Both the position numbers and the translations under genes were made by a program. A DNA stretch of 64,000 bases from Azolla caroliniana (Eukaryota; Plantae; Polypodiophyta): the NCBI GenBank assembly GCA_043228905.1, contig JBHGNT010000022.1, positions 9,300,001 through 9,364,000 on the forward strand, given 5' to 3'. Within the stretch, counting starts at the first letter, position 1, and each line of letters opens with the position of its first letter. This document shows, piece after piece, positions 37,456 through 49,902 of the stretch. Below the pieces are notes generated by a model. The model saw only the letters and a program-made list of their open reading frames with translations. It was not told the DNA's origin and did not search any database.

Positions 37456-39500
37456 TGTGTGGAAATATTTAATCTAAATATTATATTATTATTAATATTA
37501 AAAATAAGTAATTACGAAGAGTTATTTATTATTACACTTTAGAGAAAACTCTTCATTGAAGACACATAACTTTTTGTACATCGGCTCTACAAACAAGCCA
37601 TTTTGGCTAATGGAACATAACATAATCAATATAGAACAAAATTTATTTATGTGTGATCTCTCTCTCTCTCTAGAAATCATTCTCTATTTGTATAGTTGCT
37701 GAATTCTACATGGTATCAGATTTATAGATTTCCGCATCTATCAAATTAGACTAGAGAATCTCAGGAGTGTTGATCGATTTGTCATCAAGACAAGTGCTAA
37801 GACGGATAGCCCTCTTCCATAAAAATGTGACTATCCTTAACTCCTGCCAACATTCTCAACACACATAAACTTTCATTAGTAAATTTATCAAAGCAAAATT
37901 ATTGCATTTGGAGTGCTTGACTCGAATTATTATTTCAACACTACAAACTTTGGGATGTAGTGTCAGGATTATCAACAAAACCTGATGTCCCTAGACCTGA
38001 TCAAGTTATTTGGAAAGAGAAGGATCTTCTAGCAAAGATGGAATTACTAGCACATATATCAGATGTTCAAGGAGAAGCGGTTAGAAAGTTACAAACTTTG
38101 CATCAAATTTGGGAGAATTTAAAGACACAATACGAACCAAAGAAGGATGCATCACAAGTGCACACTACATGCATATGTCACATTTACAATGAAAGAAGAA
38201 GAAGATGTACATAATTTTCTAACAACTTGGGAAAAGAAATTGGATGATACAATTACATCTAGCTTGGACATTTCCGACAAACTACAAATATGATTATTAT
38301 TAGGTGCTTTACCCTCTTCTTGGTCGTCTTTTGTGACTACAAATTTTTTAAATAAACAAGCTATTGTGGAAGATCTCATGGGAGACATAAGACAAGAAGA
38401 CTCGATGAGAAAGACAAGAGAAGAAAACACATCAACACAAGCAATTGTTGTGGCAGCCTATCGACCTTGTTACAAACCACAAGCAAGATACAAGAGTGTC
38501 AAGAGTCAGTAGACTAATCAACCTATGACTAAAGCAGGAATGGAGTTCATTAATTCTTATTGCAACATTTGCAAAATACCAGGCCACACACCACAAGAAT
38601 GTAAGGCAAAACAAAAGTCTATTTGAAGATTCCCAACCAACATTTGTCGACCACAAGCGCACATTGTAGAAGAATTCGAGGAAGAAAGAAATGGAGAAGA
38701 AGAAGAAGAAGAAGAAGAAGAAGAGGTTTATGTTGCCTCAATGGAAGAAAATGATGAATATGAAGAAGAAGGTTACAACGACTTGATGCAAGCTTTCGTG
38801 GCTGAAGCACTTGTCGCGGATATACCAACAAAGAAGGATGACAAATGGTATCTCGACACTGGAGCAACGAACCACCTCACACATCGATTGGATTGGCTTC
38901 AAAGGTACACACCCCTACAAAATCCAATAACTGTTAGATTTGGAAATAATGGAGTAAAACAAGCATTAGGCAAAGGCCAACTTACTTTTCATCTCCCTGG
39001 AGGAGGAAACTTCACCATAAATGATGTGAACCACATGCCTAGTATCACCAAGAACCTCCTTTCAATAAGTCAAGCAACTTCAAATGGAACCATCATCGAG
39101 TTCCATCATAACCAAGCCGTGATTCGTCATCTTCTACCAAATGGTCTCACGATACGAACTTCCTACAAAAGATGAGGGTTATATCCAGTTAATGTACATC
39201 CAACAACCCAATCAAAAATTGAATTTCACGCAACTGAGATTGAAAGACAACATGAACTCACCTTTGGCACTATCGACTCGGACATCCACACCTTGTTGCT
39301 ATGCGAACACTCCTAACTCACAAGCTCGCTCAAGGAGTCCCAAAGGATATGTTTTGCAAAATCGACCTATGTGAGGCGTCCTTGTTCGACAAAATGGCAT
39401 CATCAAAGTTTCCTACAAATCACAAAGAAGTTGACCACTTGAACCCATCCACAGTGACATATGCGGTCCATGCCCAACTCAATCACTTTTAAAATCAACA
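37456..39500 (+). mobile_element. Degenerate Ty1/copia 5' fragment (short LTR ~37456-37710, PBS 37711, gag, protease, integrase start)
   Basis: ttctaca|TGGTATCAGA; LLGALPSSWSSFV; WYLDTGATNHLT; LWHYRLGH. Confidence 0.8.
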
Positions 39501-39539
39501 TAGATTGAAAAGAAAACCAACCAAGAAGATCTGGTAAAA

Positions 39540-41101
39540 ACTGATGGATAGAGGCATGGCTAGCTCGCTTCCGACGGAGAAGCTCGACAGAAAAAACTAC
39601 GCATCTTGGTCCTACAAGATGCACCAGTACCTGCTCGGGCACGATTACTAGAGCTATGTCAATGTAGCAAAGGACACAACAACCGAATCGACACATAGAG
39701 ATTTCATGGTGTGGGAACAATCGGCAAGTAGAGTACTATACTGCTTCGCGTCTTTGTGGGTGAACAACTCCTAAGCTACAGTCGGGATGCCAAAATGCCA
39801 AAAGATGCTTGGGGAAATCTGAAGAAGATTTTCGCTGCAAGCACTACAGCTAGGAAGCTTCAACTCCGATAGGATCTAAGCAACCTATGACAACGTGACT
39901 TGTCGGTGGCAGACTACACCTCCAAAATCAAGGATATTTGTGACTCTCTGGCATCCATCGATGTGAATATCGAAGAAGCCAATATGGTGCAAATCTGTCT
40001 CGGAGGTTTGGCGTTAAAGTTCGGAGCGTTCCGAACAGTTGTGTGTGCATGGGAGAATACACCGTCATTTTTCGACTTACAGTCGATGCTCCTTGTGGAG
40101 GAGAACCACGCCTGTGCATCAACACGTGCACCCACCGACAGCCGGATGTTGTACACAGAGGTGGATCGGCCCCATGGGTGTGGTGGACGAGGTGGGTCGG
40201 CTCGCAATGGTAGCGGTCGGCAAGAGCATGAACGAAGGCACAGAGAAAGTGCCGACAACAGTTCCAGACCCTCCACACGGAAGGGGAGTCAAGGCAGTGG
40301 CGGAGGCCGACAAGCAAAGGCTGACACAGAATGTCGGATGGTGGAAAAGAATATTTTTCTGGCCAATTCAATAGTTATCTGCAGCAAAATGGAATTCGGA
40401 GAGAGTTCAGCTACAGATACACACCGGAGCAAAAAGGTATGCCTTACCGGCTCCGACATCCGACCCTGACCCGATACCGGAGGATGAGGCTAGTGAGCCT
40501 GAACCGGTCCAGATAGAAGATGAAGACCTTGACACTCTAGAAGAGAGTCTGATCTCGTTTCGGCTAAGTGGACTGAATGAGCGGCTGAGTCGGATGAGGA
40601 ACCAATGAGTAATGGAGACTTTGTCGTGCTCTCCCCGCGCAAGGAACTGAGGAGATGGTTCACGTGCAAAGAGAAAGGGAAGAAGAAGATGTCGGAATAT
40701 GGAACCGGCAACATTGAGTTGGATCGGATCGAATCTGACTCCGGAACGGATGAAGGTGGATCTTCGAGAACGAAGTTCGAATCGGCCAAGAAGGGCCCCA
40801 AACCGGGTAACGATAAGAACCCCGAGAAACGGTACGGGTACAATGAGTACATGGTGCATCACTATGCGTACATGACCAAGGTGGCGGAAGTGCATGAGCC
40901 GGAGAGCTATGCAAGAAGCGGCAAAGGACACAAATTAGCGTGCCGCTATGAAGGAAGAAATGCGGGCACTCGATGCCAACGACACATGGGACCTAGTTGA
41001 CCCTCCCCGACATTGTAAACCGATCGGATGTAAGTGGTAAAGTACAATGCCGACGGTTCGGTTAACTGGTACAAGGCCCAGTTAGTGGCGGAGGGATACG
41101 C
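39540..41101 (+). mobile_element. Internally deleted copia fragment of the 24361-35409 family
   Basis: MDRGMASS..., SVADYTSKIKDICDSL, SDGGKEYF, YNEYMVHHYAYM, YKAQLVAEGY; at least two large internal deletions. Confidence 0.88.
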
Positions 41102-41558
41102 TATAGTGAAGAACCGTCACTACGCGCAGATCGTGAGGCGGAACCACCGGGGTTCTGGACCGGAAGGATTCAAAGTCGGTACAAGCTTTGGCGCAAGCTT
41201 TAGCGAGAAAGTACTTAAGATAGATTGGGAAAGAGAGAAGTTGAGATCACACGATTGAGAGAGATTGATTGAACTTTTAACTTTAGATTTAAGAAACAAG
41301 TTACACGATCAATTTGATAATGAATTTCTTCCTCTTAATTTTCATAAAAAAAAACCGTGTTTTTTCTCCTCCCCCTTCTTTTATAGATGCTCTCATGCAT
41401 ATGATGCATGTGAGGGTACAAGACATGCATAAATTGCATGTTTGCCATTTGGCGCTTATGTATTACATGTGGTGCATGATAACCATGTCACTCATTTTAG
41501 TTCTCATGTATGAGAATTTACATCTAAAACTACAATGATAGAAATATAATTTCAACTA

Positions 41559-41629
41559 AATAGCATGGCTTAATGGTAAGCCAATTGATTCCTAACTTGG
41601 AGGTGCAAGGTTCGAATCCTTCCTTGCCC
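41559..41629 (+). promoter_or_regulatory. tRNA-like A-box/B-box module inside LTR (best preserved copy)
   Basis: D-arm GGCTT-aatggt-AAGCC, loop TTCCTAA, T-arm AAGG-TTCGAAT-CCTT; acceptor and anticodon stems decayed. Confidence 0.8.
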
Positions 41630-42159
41630 TCCTTGTATATGTATATTTGTATATATATTTATATATTTATTTATATAGTCGCCGGATGCCGTCACCGGAT
41701 GCCGTCGGTTCACCGTCTCCATCGCCGGTTCGGTACGACTAGATAGCCCACCTCCACTCTTAGTTCAAGTTACCTTGAACTCCCTATGCTCCACACATAG
41801 ACACAAAGGTAATATCTTTTGCTCCACCTTATATATGATGAGAGCCGTATTTGTCGTGCCTATGTGGGATGTCTCACAATTTTCTCTTTTTCTTTTCACA
41901 AACTTTATAACCTCATATCTTGACATTTAGTTGTCCATTTCTCGTGTAATAAAGTGCATTCGAAACCTCCATCATTTTATACTTAGATATTAAAAATGTT
42001 ATCTTCACAATTATTGTATTATGTGATTCATACTCGATTTCATACGTTTATGGGATTTTCACACTATTGCCGAAAATCTTCACGACATCCACCCCCACCA
42101 AACCGCACGTCCTCCGGTACGTGCCAAGAGGAGAGAAAGTGAGATTTCGGCTACGATGA

Positions 42160-45100
42160 TCAATTAGATTCCTCCATTTCTTCATTTTCATCCGGCCTAT
42201 TATGTTCATCGTCGAGGTAATCGAGGTCAGGATCCTTGTCTTGTCGTTTCTTGAAAATCTTTACTCTTTTTCCCGCAATGGGTACGGCCAACCTTGATCC
42301 ATCTAGTTCCGCAGGGTGGTATGTGGCATTATCGTTGGCACTTGTCACCACATACGGCCCGAACCATCTTCTTGCAAACTTCCTTTTTGTACTGTGTTGA
42401 TTGTCAAGGGTGCTGTCGTAAACCAAAACCCAATCCCCTTCTTCAATCTTCTTGGGACGAAGTCGATGCGTGTTGTCTAACCGAACTTTGTTCTTTACTC
42501 GGGCTGCTTTCATCATCTTTCGCGCTTTTTCTTCAGGTCTTCTTTCAAGTTGCCTTATCCGCGCCGCTAATAACTCTTCTCGGCTCATCTCGTTCTCCCA
42601 CGGTATCGCTACCCATGAGGTGATCGTCCTTTCGATGGGCATAATCGGCTTTTGTCCATACATAAGCTCCGTCGGCATATACCCTGTCACTGAGCTATGT
42701 GTCATTCTATCAGCCCACAAGGCATAGGGTAATAGTCGTGGCCAATTCCCGACTTGACCGTTGCATGCCCGTACGATGGCTTTAACGATAGGTCCATGCC
42801 CTCGCTCGATCTTCCCATTTGCTTCCGGATTGTAGGCAGTCGTGAGGGAGAGCTTCACGCCTAGTCTTTCGAAGAGCTCCGTCGCTTCGTGCGCGTCCAA
42901 CTCCCCTCGGTCGGCCACTATCTTCCCTACACATCCATATCGGCAAACAACATCTTCAAGTAGAAATTTGCAAACGACTGAAGTCGTATTATTTGTCAAG
43001 GCTCGTCCTTCCACTTGATTTGTCAAGTCTTCCCTTGCCAGCGCTAAGTACTTCATTTGTCCCACTCCCATTGGCATCGAGACCAGATCCACCATCCATT
43101 TGAAGTGTATGGTGAGTGGGTATGTCGGCTTTAACTCATCAAGATGACGTATATTTGAATATACTTGGCAAGTTTCGCATGTGGACACGAAATGGAGTAC
43201 ATCTTTGTACATGCTTGGCCACCAGTACTTCTCCTTCAACTTTTCGAACGTCGCCCATGTTCCTCTATGACCTACCCAAGCACTCTCGTGGAATTCGGTC
43301 ATCAGCGTCTCTTGCTCTTCTTTCTTTACCACCACTCGACGTGGTATTCCTGTCCTTCTTTTTGGATGTCGCCAAAGGAATCCTCCCTTCAAGAAGTATC
43401 GGTAAGCTTTCTTTCGGATTCGTAGGGCCTCCTCCTTTGTCAACGAAGCATCTGCCGTCAATGTTCTTAGGAATCTACCAATGAGTAACCACTCTCCTTC
43501 GTACTCGTTCTCATTGAAGGCGTGGAGGGTTTGCATGTCCTGGTCTTCCGCCGACAATCGAGCCATCTTGAAGAAGTCGAGGGCGACATCTTCATCTTCC
43601 GAAACCATGTTACTTCCATTTGAAAATCTTGCCCTCGACAGCATGTCAGCCATGGCGTTCTTCATCCCTGCAATGTGACGGATCTTTGGGTTTAAAGACT
43701 TGATGTAGGCGATCCACCTTAGCATAGCAAGATCTGGGGTCGCACATCCCGAGACCATTTCGAGAATTGGGAGACAATCTGTCTCTATTATCACTTCTGA
43801 CCCGATCAGGTAATCTTTGTCTGTCTTCACTGCTGACACAATACCCCAAAGTTCCCGCTTGACTTGGGCATATCTTTGTTGCCGTTCGCTGAGAACCTTT
43901 GCTCCGAACCGGACGGCATATCGCGCATTATCTTCACCTTCTTGGTTGATGACCCACCCGATTCCGGTTGGACTCGTTGTTGAAAAACAGTGCTCGGCCA
44001 CAACCGAGGAATAGGATCAACTCCAGAAAACAGGAAATACAAAATTCACGAAGACAATAGAGAGAGAAGAGTACACAGAGTGTTTTACGTGGAAAACCCT
44101 AAATGGGAAAAACCACGGGAGTCCTCAAACTCCAACTATCACTATGAACAGGGATGTACAATGGTGAAGCTACAAGGCAACAACCTTGAGCTCACTGTCT
44201 TCGCCACAGGCGGCGGTAATACACAGAGGCAACGACCTCTTCGTCTCTCTCTCTCTCTCGGCTGCTCTCACTTCTCATGAAAATGAGCAACAATAGTAAA
44301 ACTGTTTGCCCTAAGTCATATTTATACACATATGACTTTCGGGCTATTTACAAATATAGCCTCAAGGGCTCTTGGCAAACATATTCACAAATATGTCTCC
44401 GCATCCGGATCTCTCTCCGGGTACATTCGTCATCCGGCTCCGTAACCGGGGTCTTCATCATCCGGCTCCGTAGCCGGGGTCTTCATCATCCGGCTCCGTA
44501 ACCGGGTACTCGTCATCCGGCTTCATGCCGGGTACTCTTCATCATCCGGATCCGCATCCGGGTACTCGTCATCCGGCTTCATGCCGGGTACTCTTCATCA
44601 TCCGGTTCCGTAACCGCAACCGGGCTTGCCGTCATTCATCTCCGGACATCCCATCCGGAGGGACCGTAATCCCAACACTCGTATCTACGGTCACGTAAAT
44701 TGGTTTCCCTTCGACATAGTCGGCCTTCCTTAGTGCCGGAGCTTCAAGAAGCAGTTTCTTTAATCTTCGCATCGCCTTTGTGTGCTCGTCTTGCCATTCG
44801 AACTTTATTCTTTTCTTTAGTAGTCCATATAACGGTTCGGCGACATGAGCGTAGTGAGGAATCCATATATGATAAAATGCGCACACTCCAAGGAACCTTC
44901 GAACCTCCGTTTGGTTTTCGCATTCTTCTTTCATGTCTTGGATTGCGTTCACTTTGGATGGCGAGGGCTTCCGGCCGTATGCTCCACACAAGTGACCTAC
45001 CACCAAGATCTCCGGTTGCCCGAATGCGGAATTTTCTCCCGAAAATGTCAAATTCTCATCTTCGAGCCTTTGAAGCACCTTCTCGCAATCTTTCATATGA

Positions 45101-46340
45101 TCCGCAACGAACTTTCTACAACCTTCCTTATCTTTCGATTCATCTTTCTCCTCATCCGAACATCCTTTTATCGGAATATCATCCAAGAATGGCATCGTGA
45201 TGTCCGGAATGCAATCCTTCAAGACTTTATTCATGGCATTCACCATATGAGCCACCGAGTTCGTTGCGCCTTGGGGTAAGGTACACATCCGCACAAGCCC
45301 GATCGGAGTCCTCATGGTTGTAATGTCCCGACTGTCGATCGCCAATTGGAATTAGTCATATCCGGAGTAGAGATCGCCAATGGAGTAGATGGACCGGCCC
45401 GCAAACGCTTTGGCAAATTCGTCCACGCTCGGACCGATTCCGGCATTTCGAATTGTCACCTTGTTGACGGGTTGAAGATCCTGGATGAATCGCAATGATC
45501 CATTCTTCTTCGGCACCGTGAACCACCTATTGGAATAAGGAGCATTCGACGGTTCTAGAATTCCCATACTCACCTTCTCCTTTAAGAGCTCGATCAGCTT
45601 CGGAAGGTGTGCTCTCGGAACCGGTATCGGTTTCAAATTCCAAGGCACATGAGGCACCGTGAAGATCACCATCGGCTCTATAACCTTAGGGTCGGCGCAT
45701 CCGATTTCTCGTGGGAAGAATGCGAAAGCCTTCCCATGTCTCTCAAGCATATCGCGAAACATTCGCTCCTCTTCAGGGAGAAGGAAATCCTCCTTTCCAA
45801 CTCGTAGCTTCCCCTTCGTCTCTTTGGTGAAGTCATGACCTATCTTCTTCGGATCTCTTAAGCTTGGATCGTTAGCGACTTCCTTCATCTTTTGCCAGCT
45901 ATCTTCCGGTAGCGGAACCGCAACTGGCTTGATCTTCTTATCCACCGTTTTATATTTCGTGTTGATGTCAGCTTCCTTCATCGAGATGCCACGACGGTAT
46001 TCATCGATGATAGCGTACATGTTGACGGAGTTAACCGAAATCACGCGTTGGTTGTGAAGATAGCTCAAGTCCACGACGTCCTCGATTTCGCCGATGGTGT
46101 CGTTAAATGAGGCTTCTTCCATAATATGAGTCACGAACTCTCCTTCTTCTCTTATATTCTCTTCATTCAGCATCTTCTCGAATTCTTGTATCCGGCGCTT
46201 GTGCTTCTTGTCGGGTAGTACTAGTTTACATGCGCCACTAGGTGTGACACATGTTGCTTCTCCTTGCAATCCATGCACTCTTCTTTCTTGTGGGGTCTTG
46301 TGATTGCTCGGACTATTTGTGCCCCATGCTTCAATAGTCC
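42160..46340 (-). pseudogene. pol: Gypsy pol (RT-RNase H-integrase) interrupted by a solo LTR
   Basis: ORFs 45352-46278, 44632-45345 and 42160-44001; RNase H VTVDT|SPTGIGW is split at the insertion. Confidence 0.92.
43978..44677 (-). mobile_element. Copia solo LTR (related to the 4698-5436 LTR family)
   Basis: TG..CA ends, perfect TSD CTCGT/CTCGT, CCGG-rich short tandem repeats at 44400-44640. Confidence 0.95.
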
Positions 46341-46343
46341 GCT

Positions 46344-48096
46344 CTAAAATTCCGAGGATTCTCCTCCGAGACTATCTCGATTCCTTTCATGATTGGCTCG
46401 CACCGTTAGGAATTGGACCGATCTTTGGTTGTCAAGACTCTTTATTCGTGCGAAGGCTGCTCCATTATCGAACACTTTGGTCTCCATCCGAGATGATGTG
46501 ATATAAGGTTGCCCTAGGATGACAGGATGCGATGCCGATTCTTGTACGAAGAAGTGTTGATCCATCTCCACATCCCCGATCGTGACTTTGACATTGGGAC
46601 AAGCTCCGTACAAATCCTCCGTAGACTTTGTTGCCGCGCAAATCTTCCATCCGTGGTTTGTATTGATTGGCCATCTTCCTTTTTTGTAGAAGTCGGTTGA
46701 CATGAGGTTGATCTCCGAGCCGTGGTCGATCAAGGCTACCACGGTCTCTTTCTTCTCCCCAATCTTCACCGGCGTCTCCGCTGTCACTCGTGCCCAATGA
46801 GGTCGAGTGTAGTGGCTGTCCACCATATCTTCATCGATTTCGTCTCTTGCCATCGTTATGGCATTCGTTTTTGCTTTTTGCGGCTTCTCTTCTTCCTCGT
46901 CCGATTGTTGTCTCTTTCTCTTCACAAGCAATTTCTCTTTCTCTTTCTCTTCTTCCTCGTCCACGATCGTGTCATGGAACTCCTTCTTCGTAATGCCAAG
47001 AAATTCCCTCAAGGACAAAGTTACGTGGCTATCAAGAACTCGTTCTTCGAGAATCTTCTCTAGGTCCGTTGTCTGCTCTATGTCCGAACTTAGCTTATAG
47101 GTAGGTATAGTCCTAGTCCTCCGAGCAGGGTCTTCGACACCAACCTTCACGGGCCGCACTGTTTCTTCAACTCGTATGCTCGGCTCCCCTTTCCGGCTTG
47201 ATTCTTGTTCCTCCGATTGTAAAGGTCGACTCATCTCCGCATCGTCCTTCTTTTTCGCGTTCCTTGTTTCATGTCTTTTAGATGGGCCTTCCTCTTCTAT
47301 TCTCTTTCTCTTTTCTTCGACGAACACCTTGTGGTTGTCGCACATCACCTCTGTGAGTATGGTGTTGTCGTCCACCGGATCCGACCACCCGGTTATGCTT
47401 TGCACGCTTCAGTCCGCAAGCTCTACTTCGTTCGATGTGATTTTTACCCTCTTCTCATATTCGAGAACGGAAGTCCAAAACTTTGCTCCCGCTCTAGCAG
47501 CTTCAGTCTTGTCTTTCCCGACTCTTATTCCGGCCGACGCAGCATAGTGCATCGCAGATACATGAGTCGCATCGGCATCCTCCATAGATCTCTTCATTCC
47601 TCCTCTTCCGAAATTCACCCGTAGGGGTCTTCTAGTCTCACTTGAGCAGATCATGTTGTCCTCTATGTATACGATATTTTGTCGAATCGCCTCTCGAAGG
47701 CTCGCACAATCCCTTCTCATGTGGTCCATGCTATCACACCACACGCATCTAAAGGGTTCTTTTCCTTTAGGGCCCCGACGATTCATGTTGGCTAGCGTGA
47801 CCTTCTCAAACTTCTTCGCTAGCTCTTCAATGATGTCGTCATCAATCTTCTTTTCTTCCACGTTACTTTGTCTTGGCGGCTCAGCTACTTTCGGCGGTCT
47901 TGCTTTCTCCGTGGTAGTCGATCCCGTCAAGTCGGTGTCATCAACCCATTGGCGACGCTTGTCGAGCCTATTGCATGCCCGCTTCACCGCGATCCAGTCC
48001 GCTCCACTCTAGTCGTTGGTATGTGGTCACCGTCATCTGATCATCGTCCTGGTTCTGTCACCGTTCCGATTGTTCGGCCTATTCCGATCGTCGTTT
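46344..48096 (-). pseudogene. gag: Gypsy gag-protease ORF (partial)
   Basis: ORFs 47409-47987 and 46344-47405 are in frame, separated by one stop; zinc knuckle and DHG protease motif. Confidence 0.85.
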
Positions 48097-49530
48097 GGTG
48101 ATGAGCATCAACTCTTCTTCACTTGCCGCGATTGCCGTTGTTCCCTTCCGGTCCGGCCCCCTCCGGTCTTTACCGTTCCGGTCCGGGGTCTGCTTGGAAT
48201 CGGTACCATCGGTTTCCTTGTCTTTTCGGAAATGCCGACAGTTCTTTTGGAAGTGTCCCGGCTTGCCACAATAGAAGCAAGTAGGCCTTCCCCTTGACTT
48301 TGACCGTGTCACCGACTTCTCCCGGTTCTGGGGACTACAGTTTCTATGTCTTCCGCGTTCCGATTCGGTAAGGAGCGCTTTGGAGTCGGAGCTCGTATCT
48401 TTATCTTTCCGACGCGCCTCCTCATCTAGCAAGCTCGACTTTACTCTTGCTAGGGATAACCGTTTTCCTTCCGGCCCAGCGTTGCCCAAAGTGACAACCA
48501 ACGTCTCCCAGCTATCCGGGAGGGAACCGAGCAGGAGTAGCGCTAGTACCTCATCGGCGAGAGGTACTTCCAATGAAGTTGCCTGGTGAATCAGCCCCTG
48601 GAAGGCATTCATGTGCTCCGCCATGCTGGAGCCATCTTGGTACCGGAGTCTTACTAGCTTCTGGAATACCGAAACTTGATTAACAGCATTTTTGTTTTGA
48701 AACATTATGTCGATCTTCTCCCAGAGCTCATGAGCCTTGCTCTCTTCATTGAAGTTGTTGTACAGGCTCATGTCGATGAAGCACCGTATGTACGCCGTTG
48801 TCTTCATGTGCATCACCTCCCATATCGCGGCGTCGATTTTGTCCGGTCTCTTGTCCCTGAACTGAACCGGCAGGCAGAGGTCTTTAACCACGAGCATGTC
48901 CCTCATCTTCGACTTCCACACTGAATAGTTGGAGCCGGTGAGCTTGAACATGCCGCCAAACGATTCGTCCATTTTTTGTGTCGTTTTTCTCTAATACCAT
49001 TTTCTGTGTCGTTTTCCTCAAGCTCACGATCTTCGCCACAGGCAGTAGTTAGAACTGAGGCAACGACCTCTTCCTCTCTCTATCACTCTCTCTGTACACA
49101 GTTACGCGCTCTGATCTCGCGTAGACAACAATAAAACAACTACTACTAAAAGTTTGCCCTAAGTCATATTTATACTAATATGACTTTTCGGCTATTTACA
49201 GATATAGCCTCAATGGACTCTCAGAAACATATTTACGAATATGTCTCTTAATCCGTTGAGCATTCCTCACCGGGCACCATCCGGCTCTCCGTAGCCGGGT
49301 ACTCCTCATCCGGTTCTCACCGGGTCTGCACCACCCGGCTCTCCGTAGCCGGGTACTCCTCTTCCTGTTCTCACCGGGTCTGCACCATCCGGCTCTCCGT
49401 AGCTGGGTACTCCTCTTCCGGTTCTCACCGGGTCTGCACCATCCGGCTCTCCGTAGCCGGGTACTCCTCTTCCAGTTCTCACCGGGTCTGCTCTTCTCCC
49501 TTCCCATCCGGAGGGACCTGTCTCCCAACA
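48097..49530 (-). mobile_element. Copia fragment (gag 48079-48972, partially deleted 5' LTR)
   Basis: Duplicate of 3793-5436 lacking ~220 bp at the PBS-proximal end of the LTR. Confidence 0.92.
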
Positions 49531-49902
49531 GGATGCATATGAATTATGAGGCATACCTGATTTAAGAATCCTTGGAATTGAGACCTTGTACCATCAAATT
49601 TTGTTGGTAAACTAATTTTGGGTTCTTTCAACAAACTTTGAGAGGTTGAAGCTTGTTGTCGAAGAGATAACACAATAGCTTCAAGTTGTTGGACACGTTT
49701 CGAGAGTTCCTCATGTTGTTGTGCCTTTTCAACGCTCACTTGCTGCAAGTTGCCAAGAAGTTTATGATTCTCTTGTTCCAATGCAACAAATTTTGTTGTT
49801 AGGAGGTCAAGTTCTGAGAGAATACGCATATACTCTTGTTTACTGACGGTCTCCATTGTGATGGAAAAACTTCACTAGATATTCGAGAAAAAAAAAGTTG
49901 TT

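Larger units (their letters stand above)
41102..48096 (-). mobile_element. 5'-truncated non-chromoviral Ty3/gypsy with fungal-type RT (Phygy-like by inference): gag-PR, RT, RNase H, integrase, PPT, 3' LTR 41102-42087
   Basis: CVWCDSMDHMRRDC, ALIDHGSEINLM, DLYSGYD, LPQGATNS, FLDDIPIKG, ADRGEL, YNPEANGKIERGH, RWFGPY; ggtttggtgggggtgga|TGTCGTGAAG. Confidence 0.92.

Noticed and set aside
41559-41629. Functional tRNA-Arg(CCT) gene (and tRNA-Met at 60879)
   Set aside because: Acceptor and anticodon stems do not pair; only D/T arms and A/B boxes remain, so reported as tRNA-like modules.
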